The position numbers and the translations under genes are program-made. Below, piece by piece: positions 26,897 through 40,316 of a DNA stretch of 64,000 nucleotides. The DNA is from Eledone cirrhosa. Its lineage: Eukaryota. Positions within the stretch are counted from its first letter, which is position 1. Every line of letters starts with the position of its first letter. Under the pieces are notes generated by a model. The model worked only from the letters and a program-made list of their open reading frames with translations. It had not been told where the DNA came from and did no database searches. The stretch lies in assembly GCA_964016885.1 (NCBI GenBank), contig OZ024743.1, forward strand, positions 32,612,001 through 32,676,000. Reading direction: 5' to 3'.

Positions 26897-26939
26897 GTCA
26901 AAGTTCTTTCGTCACACTGTCTGTGACCTCTTCAGTGAC
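26897..26939 (-). ncRNA. Type I hammerhead ribozyme motif (PLE1 inverted arm)
   Basis: GTCA-CTGAAGA-G-GTCAC..GTGAC-GAAA-GAAC-TT-TGAC on the minus strand. Confidence 0.65.
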
Positions 26940-28856
26940 TGGGGATTCTTTTCTTTGTTTTTGTGCCTCTCCTTTGTTCTGTCCTACGCCATCTTGTTTT
27001 TGTGTGTGTGTTGTGTGCTTAGTTTGCGCATGTCTTACATCCGGGTGTCCGTGTGCGTTTATATTCGTTTATTTGTTTATTTGCATGTTACTGGTTGGTT
27101 GTTTGTTCTATTTGCGTATGTGTTTTCATTTTGTCCTTAATTGTAAGTTGTGATGTTGCTGTTCCATTCATGTTTTCTATTTAATTTTGGTTGGAGTTCA
27201 TTTATGTTTATTGCCTCTGTGATTTGTCTAAACATTGCGTCTTTTCTGTGTGTAGATTCTATTTTTATTTCTATGTTCTCTAGAGCCATACGGACCCCCC
27301 GAAAACCACGATGAACTAAAGAAAATGATTGCACATGCGGTGGGGGCCAGCATAAAATTAGCCCTTAAGGAACATATGTTCAAATTTAATGAAAAAACAT
27401 ATGCCCAAGAGGAGGGAGCAGCCATTGGTGTTAGCATTGCAGGCGACATAGCTAACCTATATATGGTATGGTGGGACAGTAGACTTAAACTTAAAGAACA
27501 ATTAGAAGACCCCTCAACCCTGATAATGTACTCCCGCTACGTTGATGATATAAACATCGTAGTAAAAATACCCCCCACTAGAGAACAGTCAGGAATTAGA
27601 GAAAAACACAATGGAAAGCATCCAGCAAATAGCAAACTCCATCCACAAGAGTATTAGAGTTACTATAGACTACCCAAGCAAACACCCCAACCATCGATTA
27701 CCTGTACTAGACACAGAGCTCTGGTTAGATACCATTAATAACAAAAAACAAATCCTCCATTCCCATTATGCCAAACCCATGACTTCCAAATATCTGATCC
27801 ACCGAAACTCAGCTGTTTCGGACCATTCCAAAATCAACATACTGATTGCGGATTTGGAACGAGTGATGAGAAACGTGTCCCGCATGTGCAACCCCAAAGA
27901 ACTAGAGAGACACATACAACACTTCATCCACCATATGCAGTTCTCTGGTTACAATCAGAGAGATAAAATCAGAGTGTATAAAGGAGCCAGAACCAAATGG
28001 TAAATAATGACACAAATGGGACCTGCCCCTTGTATAGGAGCAAATTTTGGAATAGAATAGAAAGAACTAGGAATAAGGCTAATAGAATAAACTCATGGTA
28101 TAATAGCAATAAATACCAGAGTGTAATGTTCATCGATACAACCCCTAGAGGTGAATTAGCTTACAAATTTAGAATGGCCCTAGATAAACATAAACTCAAT
28201 ATTAAGATAGTAGAAAGACCAGGTACCTCCATAAAAACACTTATTAGCAATACATACCCTTTTCAAAGACCTCTCTGTATAAGAAATGTATAATCTGTAA
28301 ATTAAGCCCCCATATTAACTGTAAAACTAGAAATGTAGTATATAGCATAAGATGTACTGAAGGACAATGTAGAGATAAGAATATAGTGTACATAGGTGAG
28401 ACAGCTTATAGTATAGGGGAACGGATAAATGAACACTGGCGAGACCTTCAAGATAATAAAGAATCATCTGTACTCTACCAACATGCTAAAATAGAACATC
28501 AGGGTAAATTAGAGAACATAGAAATAAAAATAGAATCTACACACAGAAAAGACGCAATGTTTAGACAAGTCACAGAGGCAATAAACATAAATGAACTCTA
28601 ACCAAAATTAAATAGAAAACATGAATGGAACAGCAACATCACAACTTACAATTAAGGACAAAATGAAAACACACACGCACATAGAACAAACAACCAACCA
28701 GTAACATGCAAATAAACAAATAAATAAACGAATATAAACACACACGGACACCCGGATGTAACACATGCGCAAACTAAGCACACAACACACACACAAAAAC
28801 AAGATGGCATAGGACAGAACAAAGGAGAGGCACAAAAACAAAGAAAAGAATCCCCA

Positions 28857-28899
28857 GTCACTGAAGAGGTCACAGAATGTGTGACGAAAGAACTTTGAC
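28857..28899 (+). ncRNA. Type I hammerhead ribozyme motif (PLE1)
   Basis: Stem I GTCA/TGAC, core CTGAAGA, stem II GTCAC/GTGAC, GAAA, minimal stem III and a CUU site. Confidence 0.65.
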
Positions 28900-31119
28900 A
28901 ATATATAAACAATCATCTGGTTGTGGAACCAACCAACCGGAAATTTATAAATTCCTAAATTTATAAATTTATTATAATAAATTGAAGTGAAAGCAACTGG
29001 TGTGTGTGTTTCTTATTGGCAACATGACCCTCCCAAAGTATAACAATATATATATATATATAACAGATTCTACGGAATATTTTGACATCAAAACTCATAA
29101 ATACCCGCAAAGAGTAAAAGATATGACCGCTTTTGAACTAGACCCAGTTAACCTAATCAACAATATCAATTTTCGTAAGTACTCTAACCCTTTTCAATCT
29201 AAACTATCTAACGACATTTCAACATTCAAATCTTCTAATAATAAGTTCATCTTCTCCGACAAAACTAAAAACCTATATGAAGTTAACAATAATTTACACG
29301 ACCAACTTATTAATAGATAATATCACCTCAAAATACCAAATAGCTAATATAAACACGTATCATAATATAAATAAGGAAGCTAAAGAATTAGCTGTTGCTT
29401 TAAAAATAGATAATAGGACAGAAAAACTTGCTAAACGTACTCCATATATCACCCTTAAAGATCACAAACCCGACTTTATTAATCGTCCTAGTTGTAGATT
29501 AATCAACCCAGCTAAGACTGATATTGGTCTTGCCAGCAAAAAAATTTTAAATAACATAAATACACACATTAGAAGTAAGTCTAAATTACTCCAATGGATA
29601 AATAGCTCTTCCGTAGTACATTGGTTTAATAAAATTAAAAACAAAAATAGTTCTAGATTCACCCAATTTGACATTGTAGATTTCTACCCATCTATCACTC
29701 AGACTCTTTTAGCGAAAGCTTTAAATTTCGCTAGAAAGTTTACCAATATCTCTGATATTGAAGAGAATGTCATCTTGCAAGCTAGAAACACTCTACTCTT
29801 TACTGATAATGACACTTGGGTAAAAATATCTAATCCAGAGAGCCCATTCGATGTCTCAATGGGCTCTTATGATAGTGCTGATGTTTGTGATTTAGTCGGC
29901 CTATTCCTCCTACACACACTTAAAGAAAAATTCCCTAACCATATTTTTGGGCTTTATCGCGACGATGGTCTAATACTTTCCCATACCACCATAGGCCATA
30001 ACTTAGATAGATTAAGGAAAGACTTAATAAAAACCTTTGCTAGTTTTAATCTTAAAATTACTATTGACACTAACCTTTCCAATGTAAATTTCCTAGATAT
30101 AAACCTAGATTTGCCTACTGCTTCTTATAAATCATACCATAAACCTAACGAAAACTTAAAATATATAAATAAAGGCTCTTGCCATCCTCCTATAGTTTTT
30201 AAAAACCTTATCCCTAATATTAGCCGTAGGATCTCCACCCTCTCTTCCCCAGAAGCTATTTTCAATAAGGCATCCCCCTACTATAATAAAGCCCTCCAAA
30301 ATAGCGGTTTTAGCGAACCGATTAAATACATACCCAACTATACTAACTCTATTAAACATAAAAACAGGAAAAGAAAAATAATCTGGTTCACACCCCCTAC
30401 TCTCTAGCAGTTAAAACTAATGTAGGCAAAAAATTCCTAGAGCTCTTAGATAAACATTTCCCTAGAACACATAGATACTATAAGATCTTTAATAGAAACT
30501 GTGTCAAAATTAGCTACTCCTGCGGTCCCCCTATTAAATCCTATATCAACAACAAAAAATCACCTAGAGAACATCAAAATTGCTCCTGTAGAATCAAAAG
30601 TGAATGCCCATTACAAGGTAAATGCAACACCAAAGCCATTGTATATGCGGCTAAAGTGACAACCATCAGCAACAACCAACCAGCCACCAGTGAACGATAT
30701 GTGGGTATGACGCAAGACAAATTCAAAACGCGTTATTACTCACATGTCGCTTCCTTTCGACATCCAGAAAAAAGATTTACAACAGCTCTGGCTAGCAGAA
30801 TATGGGATTTGAAAGACCAAGGTATCCAATATAAATTGGATTGGTCAATTTTGAACCAATCTAAAGAATATGCAAGAGGAACAAGAAAATGCACGCTCTG
30901 CATAAATGAAAAATATTGGATTTTGCAAAACCTTAAATCACCAAAGACCTGCCTAAACACAAAGACAGAAATTTTCACCAGTTGCCCACACATGAAATCA
31001 CACCTGCTTTCCAGCTCATATAAACTTAACACACTTTCAGATACTTATCCTCCATAAGCTCTTATTATTCTCTTTAAGACTACCTTTTATGATTTACTTT
31101 CATTTTTAACCTTATTATT

Positions 31120-31260
31120 AATTTTATTTTTATTTTTATTTTTATTTTTATTTTTATTTTTATTTTTATTTTTCTATTTATTTTTATTTTTATTTTTATT
31201 TTTATTTTTATTTTTATTTTTATTTTTATTTTTATTTTTATTTTTATTTTTATTTTTACT
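31120..31260. repeat. (TTTTTA)n microsatellite in the PLE2 3'UTR
   Basis: Visible directly. Confidence 0.95.
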
Positions 31261-32430
31261 TCACCCCCCCCCCTTTATTCTCCGATTCACTTACCTAATA
31301 TCTTCACTTTCCACTTTTTACTTCCCTATTTTCTTCACTACCTGACTACACAAGTCACTTGCGTTTTCCATCCGGATATTTTCTGTTATTTCGCAGCCAA
31401 TTTTATATTTTTATATTTGTACTCACTTATTCACAAGGCTGTTTTTACACCCTGTATCTATGTGTCTGAGCGTCTTTGTGTGTATACTTTCTGTATGTGT
31501 ACACGAACGCCTCCGTATGTGCGCGCGCGTGCGTGTATATATATATGTGTATGTATGTGTGTTTTTATATCTGTGTTTTTACATCTATGTTTTTTTTACA
31601 TTCTTATTTTTATGTGTGTGCATGTAAGCCGGTCAACGTGCGTGAGTGTATGTATGTGTGTGTGTGTGTACGTACTGAATTTATGGATGTATAAGTGTGC
31701 GTATGTATATATCTATGTATATATTTATGTGTGTGTATGTGTGTGCGTGTATATAGTCGCGTACGTACGCGTGATTAGATATACATGGGGCGAGGTGTAT
31801 GTATATATACATGTGCATCCTGTGTGTGTATGTATACTTGCATTCGCTTTTGTCTGCACGTTTTGCGTGTATATATATTTTTTTTATAGATATACGTTTC
31901 TTATAGATATATGTGTGTATGTACGCGTGTACCTTGTTTGTTTTCTTTTCTTTACTTTGCAATTTTTCTTTCTAAATTATTGTTCCATTTTTATAAATAT
32001 ATCGAGAATGATACTTTCTTTTTACTATTACACTCCCTTACCTCTTTTTCTTCCGCATATAAGTGTACGCGCGTGTGTGTGTGTTTATACGCGTGCCTTC
32101 ATATTCTTATAATGTATCTAATACCCTGTTTTTCTGTATACCTGTCAACCGGACACTTATATCATGTCTGTGTCTGTAGTTATATATACACAGATATACT
32201 TACCCTCATACATATATTTACGCACACATTTTCACTATACACACACATTTGTACATACATACATATGTACATCTGTGAGTGTATATACATACATATACAC
32301 ACACCTAACTATAATTCTTAAACATTTTTTATATATTTTATATGTCTATTGTATTACCTTTATCTATATTTATATAAACATTTTTTTGCATTTCTTGAGG
32401 AGACTTTCCAAATATTTAGCTATGTTTTAT

Positions 32431-32508
32431 ATTGCCTCGTCCGACGAACAAATGAAGACGTTTCTTTCGTATTCGCCTTATTCGGGAAACCTCTGGTAAT
32501 GAGGTAAT
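32431..32508 (+). ncRNA. Degenerate hammerhead ribozyme motif (PLE2)
   Basis: 10-bp stem I ATTGCCTCGT/ATGAGGTAAT (with G-U pairs), variant core CCGACGA, then GAAA-C..G-TA. Stem II pairs poorly. Confidence 0.5.
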
Positions 32509-32605
32509 TATATTGTATTGTTTTTTACACATTAAATTTTGCTCTGGTACTTACATAGAGCACTCGTCACTCCTATGACTTTTTCTGTTTTCACCGGAAA
32601 CTTCA

Positions 32606-32641
<36 letters not shown>

Positions 32642-32645
<4 letters not shown>

Positions 32646-33028
32646 TATGGCTCCCCCCGGTTGAGCTAAATCCTTATAACCTGTCCACCTTGTGTGTATG
32701 ATTATAATTGATTGGCAGCATGCTAACTAAAGACTACCTACCTATATCACTCAAGAACATCCCAACCCCATCCAGGACTCTCTTTACTCTTTGTTCTTGA
32801 ATGTTTGGTTGGTAGAGTCCATAACACCAATCAAACCCCTTTTATAGCTCTGACAAATCCTACTGTTACGTAAGGAAGAAACATTGTAAGCCAATAAAAA
32901 TCTTTTGATGTTGTAGACGCTCTTGTGTTCTTTATCATATATACGGCTCCAAAGCATAGAGCTAATTATTATGCTGCCAATACCTTAATGGGGCACGGGT
33001 ATACAATGCCTAACTCCTATTAACCTAA

Positions 33029-33030
<2 letters not shown>
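32642..33030 (+). mobile_element. Orphan PLE-like 3' module with a degenerate hammerhead (32847-32891)
   Basis: GCT-CTGACAA-ATCCT..AGGAA-GAAA-CATTG-TA-AGC followed by AATAAA. The module is bounded by (TA)n on both sides. Confidence 0.45.
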
Positions 33031-33074
<44 letters not shown>

Positions 33075-33078
<4 letters not shown>

Positions 33079-33808
33079 AGATTTGAATGGATACAGTTTA
33101 GTTGAAAGGAATTTATTGACACGTGTTTCTATAACAGTTACGTAACCTAAAACAGCTGCTATCTACAAACTTTTAGTTATGCAGACATTCAATATTTCAA
33201 TGTTATTATTTACTGTCATTTCATCAGAATAATATTACTGAGGACCTATTTAGTTTTTATAGAGAATATTAGGAGGGAGGGGTGAAGTTGTTAGAAGAAT
33301 AGTTGAAGGAGTGGTTTTTCGATAGCAGTGAGAATTCTTGGTGGCAGTGAGTAATTAGATTCCCATCTGTTGTTTTGACATTTTTTATAGAATATATTAT
33401 TGGTTATTTTTCTAAATCTATAGAAGGATTAGAGATAGTAAAGATATGCGTGGTTGGTTTTGTGTTTGCACTTAATTAACATTCAGACTTAAATTTTTCT
33501 TTCAAGTGTAAGTATCCTTTCACACACGCATTCACACACAAATATATTTGCACACCTCTACAAAATACATATACTCACAATTCACATATTCATACTTACA
33601 TATATATACGCATGCATACACATATATATACACACATGTATTCATGTACATACATACGCGCTCATGTGTATACATTTTCATACTCAACTTATCTTTATAT
33701 ACACACGTATAGACACACACATATATACATACATACTCTAGTCCATGTGTACACACATACACATACATACACATCTATATACACATACATACATACACAT
33801 ATATATAT

Positions 33809-33868
<60 letters not shown>

Positions 33869-33876
33869 ATAGATAC

Positions 33877-33937
<61 letters not shown>

Positions 33938-36162
33938 AGCACTTTAATACATGAATACACTTACATCTAACTATACACATCAAACATATATATATATTTA
34001 CTTATTTATATACATTTTCACATATATATACATACTTATGGACGTTTTTAGACACATTCATTATCGCATATTTGCACCTATTCTCATCAGCATATCTTTC
34101 CATTATTAGTGTGGTAATTTAAGGTTATTAATATATGTTGAGAAGAGATTGTTTTTATATTTTTCTAACTAGATTAAGGTTTATATAGTTGGGGGATGTC
34201 CCTCTTTTATGTAATATTCGGCTTGTAGTGGGAAAAAAGGGTTTTAGTTCTGTGACGGTAGAATAATGTTCGTTCAATTCTGTTATTCAGCAGTTTCTTC
34301 TTGTGTGTGATTATGTAATAAATCTCAAGATTACACAATTTGCAGAAATTTTGGCTCCTGGAAAAGCTTTGGGTTTTAGCTAATTTCTCCCATTTTAGGG
34401 TAAACTTTTGATCGCTATCCCTGAGCGTCCAAGCTTTTTCTGCTAAAGTTGTTACATTTCTTTGGCTCTGGTGTTTTATTGAGTAAGAATGCCTATACAA
34501 TCGAGATTTAAACGATGTTGCCGTTGATCCCACGTAATACCACTCGTTGCCTCCGGATTTAATGGTACACTTATAAATAATATTTTTTTCCAGGCAGTTA
34601 TTGCCGAGGGGGCAGTTGTCAGGATAGGTGCAGTTACAGTTGTGTACGTTGGGTTTTCTCTGGAGTAGTATTGCGGACGAACTTAGGTGTGGTTTATTTA
34701 TGTTCTGTAGTGTATTGTCTACTGTTTTTTTTTGTGTTCTTTGTACTTAAGTTCTTAGTGTTTTCGTTTAACCTTCTAGTATTGATCTTTTTTATGTGTT
34801 GTTCAAGGTTTAACGCTGTAGAGTATGACAGTCTTATAGTGGTAGGGTTTAGGATTTTGTGGTATTTGTGTGATGTGGGAAAATGTCTTTTAATTATTTT
34901 AAAGAAGAGTACTGGTAAATTTGTACTAATGGAACTATTGTATTCGGGGTTATACCATAAGTATTCTTTGCATCGCTTTCTATTAGTTTTGTTTGTTGGT
35001 TTACTGGTGTGCATACTATGGTAGTAAGTGTGGTTTGGTGTTGTGTTATTATATCTACCTATGTGGGATTTATTTTGGGTGTTTTGATTGTTCCCATCTA
35101 TGTACTCTATTTTGTTGAGGTAGCCTGCTTTACTAAGGGCGTTATCGTAGTACTCGGCGTGTTCCTTAAATACTTGTATGTTAGAAGATAGACCCGAGAT
35201 TCTAAGGGAAATATTTTTAGGGATAGATTTAATTATAGAGATGGGGTGGTTAGACCCAACATTTACGTATTTGAGATTTTCATTCAATTTATGAAACGGT
35301 TTAATCAAACCAGAGTTTAAATTGAGTGTGACATCCAGGAAGTTAACTACTTTAAGGTTGTATTCATATGTTATAGTTAGTCCTATTTCGAGTAGTAGTT
35401 TTCTTATATCTTTGCGTAGTTTTTCTAGTTTTTGGTTATTAAGGTTTTTAGCTAGGAGGAGAACATCGTCGCGGTATATTCCGCCGTGGAGATTGCTGAA
35501 TTTTTCCTGGAGTCTAAAGGCGATAAATAACCCCACAATATCAGTTATTTCCGCCGAATCGTTAGAGCCCATTGTTATATCAAAGTTAGAGGGTCTATCT
35601 TTACGTACCCAATAACTGTTCTCAAATTTGACTATAGTTTTCCTAGCTTCTAATATAATCTTAATTTCATCGTTTGTAAGGTCAGAGTTATCCTTAGCAA
35701 ACTTAATGGCTCTATTCAAAGTTTCAGGTGATATCGATGAGTAATATTCATCGATATCAAACTGGATAAACTTAGATTTATTCTTATTGCTAATGCTATT
35801 AAACCATCTTATTGCTTCTTGGGTCTTCCCCCAGAGTTTAATGTTAACCTTAGCCTTAATTTGGGGGATGATTCTATCTAAGATATATTTGCTTATTTTA
35901 CCTATATCTGATTTAGAGGGGCAGATTAATCTAATTTTAGGGTCATTATCAAAGTTTACTTTGTGGTCCTTAAGATTGAAGGTGGGTACCGCCGGTAAGA
36001 GTGGTCCTGTCCTATCTTCGATTCCGAGATTTTTCACTATTTCGCATGCCTCATCATTGATGTGCTTAAGGGTTACTTCACTCGTTTTTCTATATTTTTT
36101 ATGTAATTCTTTTCGAATGAAGTTGTTGTATGTAGTGCAATCCATAGTGTACAGGTTTGATG
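33075..36162 (-). mobile_element. Penelope-like element 3 (Naiad-like), long arm with RT, GIY-YIG and 3'UTR
   Basis: ORF 34694-36145 (KDHKVNF, FDIDEYYSSI, MGSNDSAE, IYRDD, NFLD, SNHP) and ORF 34207-34533 (endonuclease). A frameshift lies in the T9 run near 34725. Confidence 0.92.
33113..33232 (-). ncRNA. Type I hammerhead ribozyme motif (PLE3 long arm)
   Basis: Reverse complement of 38081-38200. Confidence 0.75.
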
Positions 36163-37417
36163 GGGTCTATCTTCTAACATACAAGTATTTAAGGAACACG
36201 CCGAGTACTACGATAACGCCCTTAGTAAAGCAGGCTACCTCAACAAAATAGAGTACATAGATGGGAACAATCAAAACACCCAAAATAAATCCCACATAGG
36301 TAGATATAATAACACAACACCAAACCACACTTACTACCATAGTATGCACACCAGTAAACCAACAAACAAAACTAATAGAAAGCGATGCAAAGAATACTTA
36401 TGGTATAACCCCGAATACAATAGTTCCATTAGTACAAATTTACCAGTACTCTTCTTTAAAATAATTAAAAGACATTTTCCCACATCACACAAATACCACA
36501 AAATCCTAAACCCTACCACTATAAGACTGTCATACTCTACAGCGTTAAACCTTGAACAACACATAAAAAAGATCAATACTAGAAGGTTAAACGAAAACAC
36601 TAAGAACTTAAGTACAAAGAACACAAAAAAAACAGTAGACAATACACTACAGAACATAAATAAACCACACCTAAGTTCGTCCGCAATACTACTCCAGAGA
36701 AAACCCAACGTACACAACTGTAACTGCACCTATCCTGACAACTGCCCCCTCGGCAATAACTGCCTGGAAAAAAATATTATTTATAAGTGTACCATTAAAT
36801 CCGGAGGCAACGAGTGGTATTACGTGGGATCAACGGCAACATCGTTTAAATCTCGATTGTATAGGCATTCTTACTCAATAAAACACCAGAGCCAAAGAAA
36901 TGTAACAACTTTAGCAGAAAAAGCTTGGACGCTCAGGGATAGCGATCAAAAGTTTACCCTAAAATGGGAGAAATTAGCTAAAACCCAAAGCTTTTCCAGG
37001 AGCCAAAATTTCTGCAAATTGTGTAATCTTGAGATTTATTACATAATCACACACAAGAAGAAACTGCTGAATAACAGAATTGAACGAACATTATTCTGCC
37101 GTCACAGAACTAAAACCCTTTTTTCCCACTACAAGCCGAATATTACATAAAAGAGGGACATCCCCCAACTATATAAACCTTAATCTAGTTAGAAAAATAT
37201 AAAAACAATCTCTTCTCAACATATATTAATAACCTTAAATTACCACACTAATAATGGAAAGATATGCTGATGAGAATAGGTGCAAATATGCGATAATGAA
37301 TGTGTCTAAAAACGTCCATAAGTATGTATATATATGTGAAAATGTATATAAATAAGTAAATATATATATATGTTTGATGTGTATAGTTAGATGTAAGTGT
37401 ATTCATGTATTAAAGTG

Positions 37418-37514
<97 letters not shown>

Positions 37515-38347
37515 ATATGTGTATGTATGTGTATATAGATGTGTATGTATGTGTATGTGTGTACACATGGACTAGAGTATGTATGTATATATGTGTGTGT
37601 CTATACGTGTGTATATAAAGATAAGTTGAGTATGAAAATGTATACACATGAGCGCGTATGTATGTACATGAATACATGTGTGTATATATATGTGTATGCA
37701 TGCGTATATATATGTAAGTATGAATATGTGAATTGTGAGTATATGTATTTTGTAGAGGTGTGCAAATATATTTGTGTGTGAATGCGTGTGTGAAAGGATA
37801 CTTACACTTGAAAGAAAAATTTAAGTCTGAATGTTAATTAAGTGCAAACACAAAACCAACCATGCATATCTTTACTATCTCTAATCCTTCTATAGATTTA
37901 GAAAAATAACCAATAATATATTCTATAAAAAATGTCAAAACAACAGATGGGAATCTAATTACTCACTGCCACCAAGAATTCTCACTGCTATCGAAAAACC
38001 ACTCCTTCAACTATTCTTCTAACAACTTCACCCCTCCCTCCTAATATTCTCTATAAAAACTAAATAGGTCCTCAGTAATATTATTCTGATGAAATGACAG
38101 TAAATAATAACATTGAAATATTGAATGTCTGCATAACTAAAAGTTTGTAGATAGCAGCTGTTTTAGGTTACGTAACTGTTATAGAAACACGTGTCAATAA
38201 ATTCCTTTCAACTAAACTGTATCCATTCAAATCTTTCTATTTTTCTCCGGATTACTTTTGGAACTACAACTGGAACCGTCGAGCAAACTCTACGTGAGCT
38301 GATAATCTACTGTGTGTAATATTTATATTACAACACAACGGAAAATA

Positions 38348-38350
<3 letters not shown>
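36163..38350 (+). mobile_element. Penelope-like element 3, short inverted arm (GIY-YIG region plus the longer 3' end)
   Basis: 36163-38240 is a near-identical reverse complement of 33075-35195. ORF 36344-37150 is open through CNC..CPL..C, IIY..YVGST and CKLC. Confidence 0.92.
38081..38200 (+). ncRNA. Type I hammerhead ribozyme with expanded stem II (PLE3)
   Basis: TTATT-CTGATGA-[ATGACAGT...ACTGTTAT]-GAAA-CACGTG-TC-AATAA. Stem III is palindromic and the site is GUC. Confidence 0.75.
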
Positions 38351-38381
<31 letters not shown>

Positions 38382-39268
38382 TTCAAGATTCTGAAATTCA
38401 AATGTTGCAAATAAAGTTTAATTTATTGTCTGTACAGAGCTGATATAATGGAAAGAATAAAGAATAATAATTGTTATTGTTTAGCCCCAGATCAGTTTTG
38501 ATAGAGCAGGACTATGGTGAAAGGCATTATTGCAGCCATGACCATCCTGTACTTCTTTTTTTTTCTTTAGACATCCTTCCTTTTTTTAGTGATTTTGCTG
38601 CTATTTTTAGCAAATCGACCGACAATTTAGAGACTTCCTCATTGGTTATTGAAAGCACCAGTGATATACACAGGTCGAGTAGATCAACAATGCATCATTC
38701 CTTTATCAAAAGGAACCCTGTAACTTAAGCCATTCAGTCATTGAGTTTATTATTGCTAAATTGTAATAAATTACAGCTCCCGCATGAAGAAAGAGATATC
38801 TCTCTTAATTTTTTTAATATCATGAAAATACAACTCGTGTTCACCAGATATGATGTATTATAAACCATACTTTGACAACATCTACCAGAATCTGTAATGA
38901 TTACCACATTTTAAATAAAATATATAAATGATATTAAAAATAATCAAGAATTTGGAAAGAAAATGATCATCATCATCTAACATCTATTTACCATGTTAGC
39001 ATAGGTTAGAAGAATCTAGTAATATAACAAACTTGCCCCTTATTTATCTGGTATTTTCATCATAATTTACTGTAAATAAATTATGATGGAAGGTTTTAGT
39101 TTATATATATAAACACTTTTAAAAAAATGGCTTGTTAACTTAAAACTCGCCAGTTCAGTATCAAAGGGGTTAACTTAGAGCTAATCAATAATCCAATAAT
39201 TTGCTCAGATTCACTACCACTTTTATAAATACTTTAGTCATTACCCACCTTGGTAATATGAGGATTAA

Positions 39269-39488
39269 CCTTTTAGCATTTAAACCGGCCATATCCGGCC
39301 AGAATTCCCTCACCTCTTTCTGTTCAAACTGGCTGTAACCAGCCACTCATACTGATGTTAAGGTATTGTGTTCAAAATAAATAATACCAAAATCTCATAG
39401 ATTCGATATTATGGGAGATATTGTGTAAGATGAATTGTTTACCATGAAAATACAATAGTATATTTAGAGTAATGTGAATGCTAAAGGG
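39269..39488. mobile_element. piggyBac-type MITE
   Basis: TTAA-CCTTTTAGCATT...AATGCTAAAGGG-TTAA. Confidence 0.85.
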
Positions 39489-39893
39489 TTAAATCTATGA
39501 AACAGATTTTCATTGCCTCGCTTAAAGGGTCAGAGGTTTTGTCAATTTAATCAAAATATAAACAAAATGTTTATGATGAATACAATTTCTGAAAAAAAGA
39601 TTAAATTCACTTTTATAAACCTGAATGATATAGAAGTATTGATTCAGTATAAAGATAAGTGAAGGTGATTGTTTTCTAGGAGGAAAGACTTAATAAAGCT
39701 TCATTAACAATCTACTAAACAGAATCACTAAGACACATGATGGAATTATATATGTATTTTTTGTTCTTTTACTGATTTTAGTCATTAGTCTACAGTGATC
39801 CTAGTACTTATCATTTTAAAGTGTGGTACATATTTTATTGATCTTTTTTCAAACTGCTAAGTTACAGAATATTATCATAGGCATAGAGCCATA

Positions 39894-39968
<75 letters not shown>

Positions 39969-40008
39969 AATAAATAAGTCAAATGTTTAAAATTTGGCTT
40001 CGTTTATT

Positions 40009-40063
40009 ACTGCTATATATATTTCGGTGACAGCCATTTTTGGCTGTGACCTCTTCAGGCAGT
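40009..40063 (-). ncRNA. Orphan type I hammerhead ribozyme motif
   Basis: ACTGC-CTGAAGA-GGTCACAGCC-aaaaat-GGCTGTCACC-GAAA-TATATA-TA-GCAGT, within a module of about 145 bp between (TA)n tracts. Confidence 0.8.
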
Positions 40064-40106
40064 CCGAATTAGTGTGGTAGAGTCGAGTACACATGTTATT
40101 GAGGTG

Positions 40107-40184
<78 letters not shown>

Positions 40185-40264
40185 TGTGTTTACTTGACAG
40201 TCAAGAGAAAAGAGTACTCAATACCAAAGTAGAGTTTGAATATTTTATTAAGGCTAAATAGTGA

Positions 40265-40316
40265 GTCTTGTTACTCAGGAGTTTCACTTGCTTCTGACAG
40301 GGTCATCAGACATGAC
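40265..40316 (-). ncRNA. Orphan degenerate hammerhead motif
   Basis: GTCATGT-CTGATGA-[weak stem II]-GAAA-CTC-ct-GAG-TA-ACAAGAC. Confidence 0.6.

Larger units (their letters stand above)
26689..29049 (+). mobile_element. Penelope-like element 1 (YVDD-type RT C-half plus GIY-YIG), 5'-truncated, with an inverted copy of its 3' end
   Basis: Frameshifted ORFs across 27283-28640: GAAIG..IANLYM.WWD, RYVDDI, LPVLD, YAKPM, VVY..YIGET...ER..EH, EAI.I...LN. Segment 26747-27282 is the reverse complement of 28510-29049. Confidence 0.9.
29062..32610 (+). mobile_element. Penelope-like element 2 (Naiad-like, YRDD RT plus GIY-YIG) with a long low-complexity 3'UTR
   Basis: Motifs KDHK.DF, RLINPAK, FDIVDFYPSI, MGSYDSA, GLYRDDGL, NFLD, CSC..CPL.G.C, IVY..YVGMT..FKTRY.SH and CTLC.NEK. 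At least two frameshifts. Confidence 0.9.

Noticed and set aside
29062-37150. Selenocysteine (in-frame UGA) recoding as described for some Naiad PLEs
   Set aside because: The conserved Cys positions I checked use TGT/TGC or other residues, and the ORF breaks are frameshifts rather than UGA.
37265-37320. Extra CTGATGA in the PLE3 3'UTR as a second hammerhead
   Set aside because: No properly placed GAAA, stem II or closing stem I.
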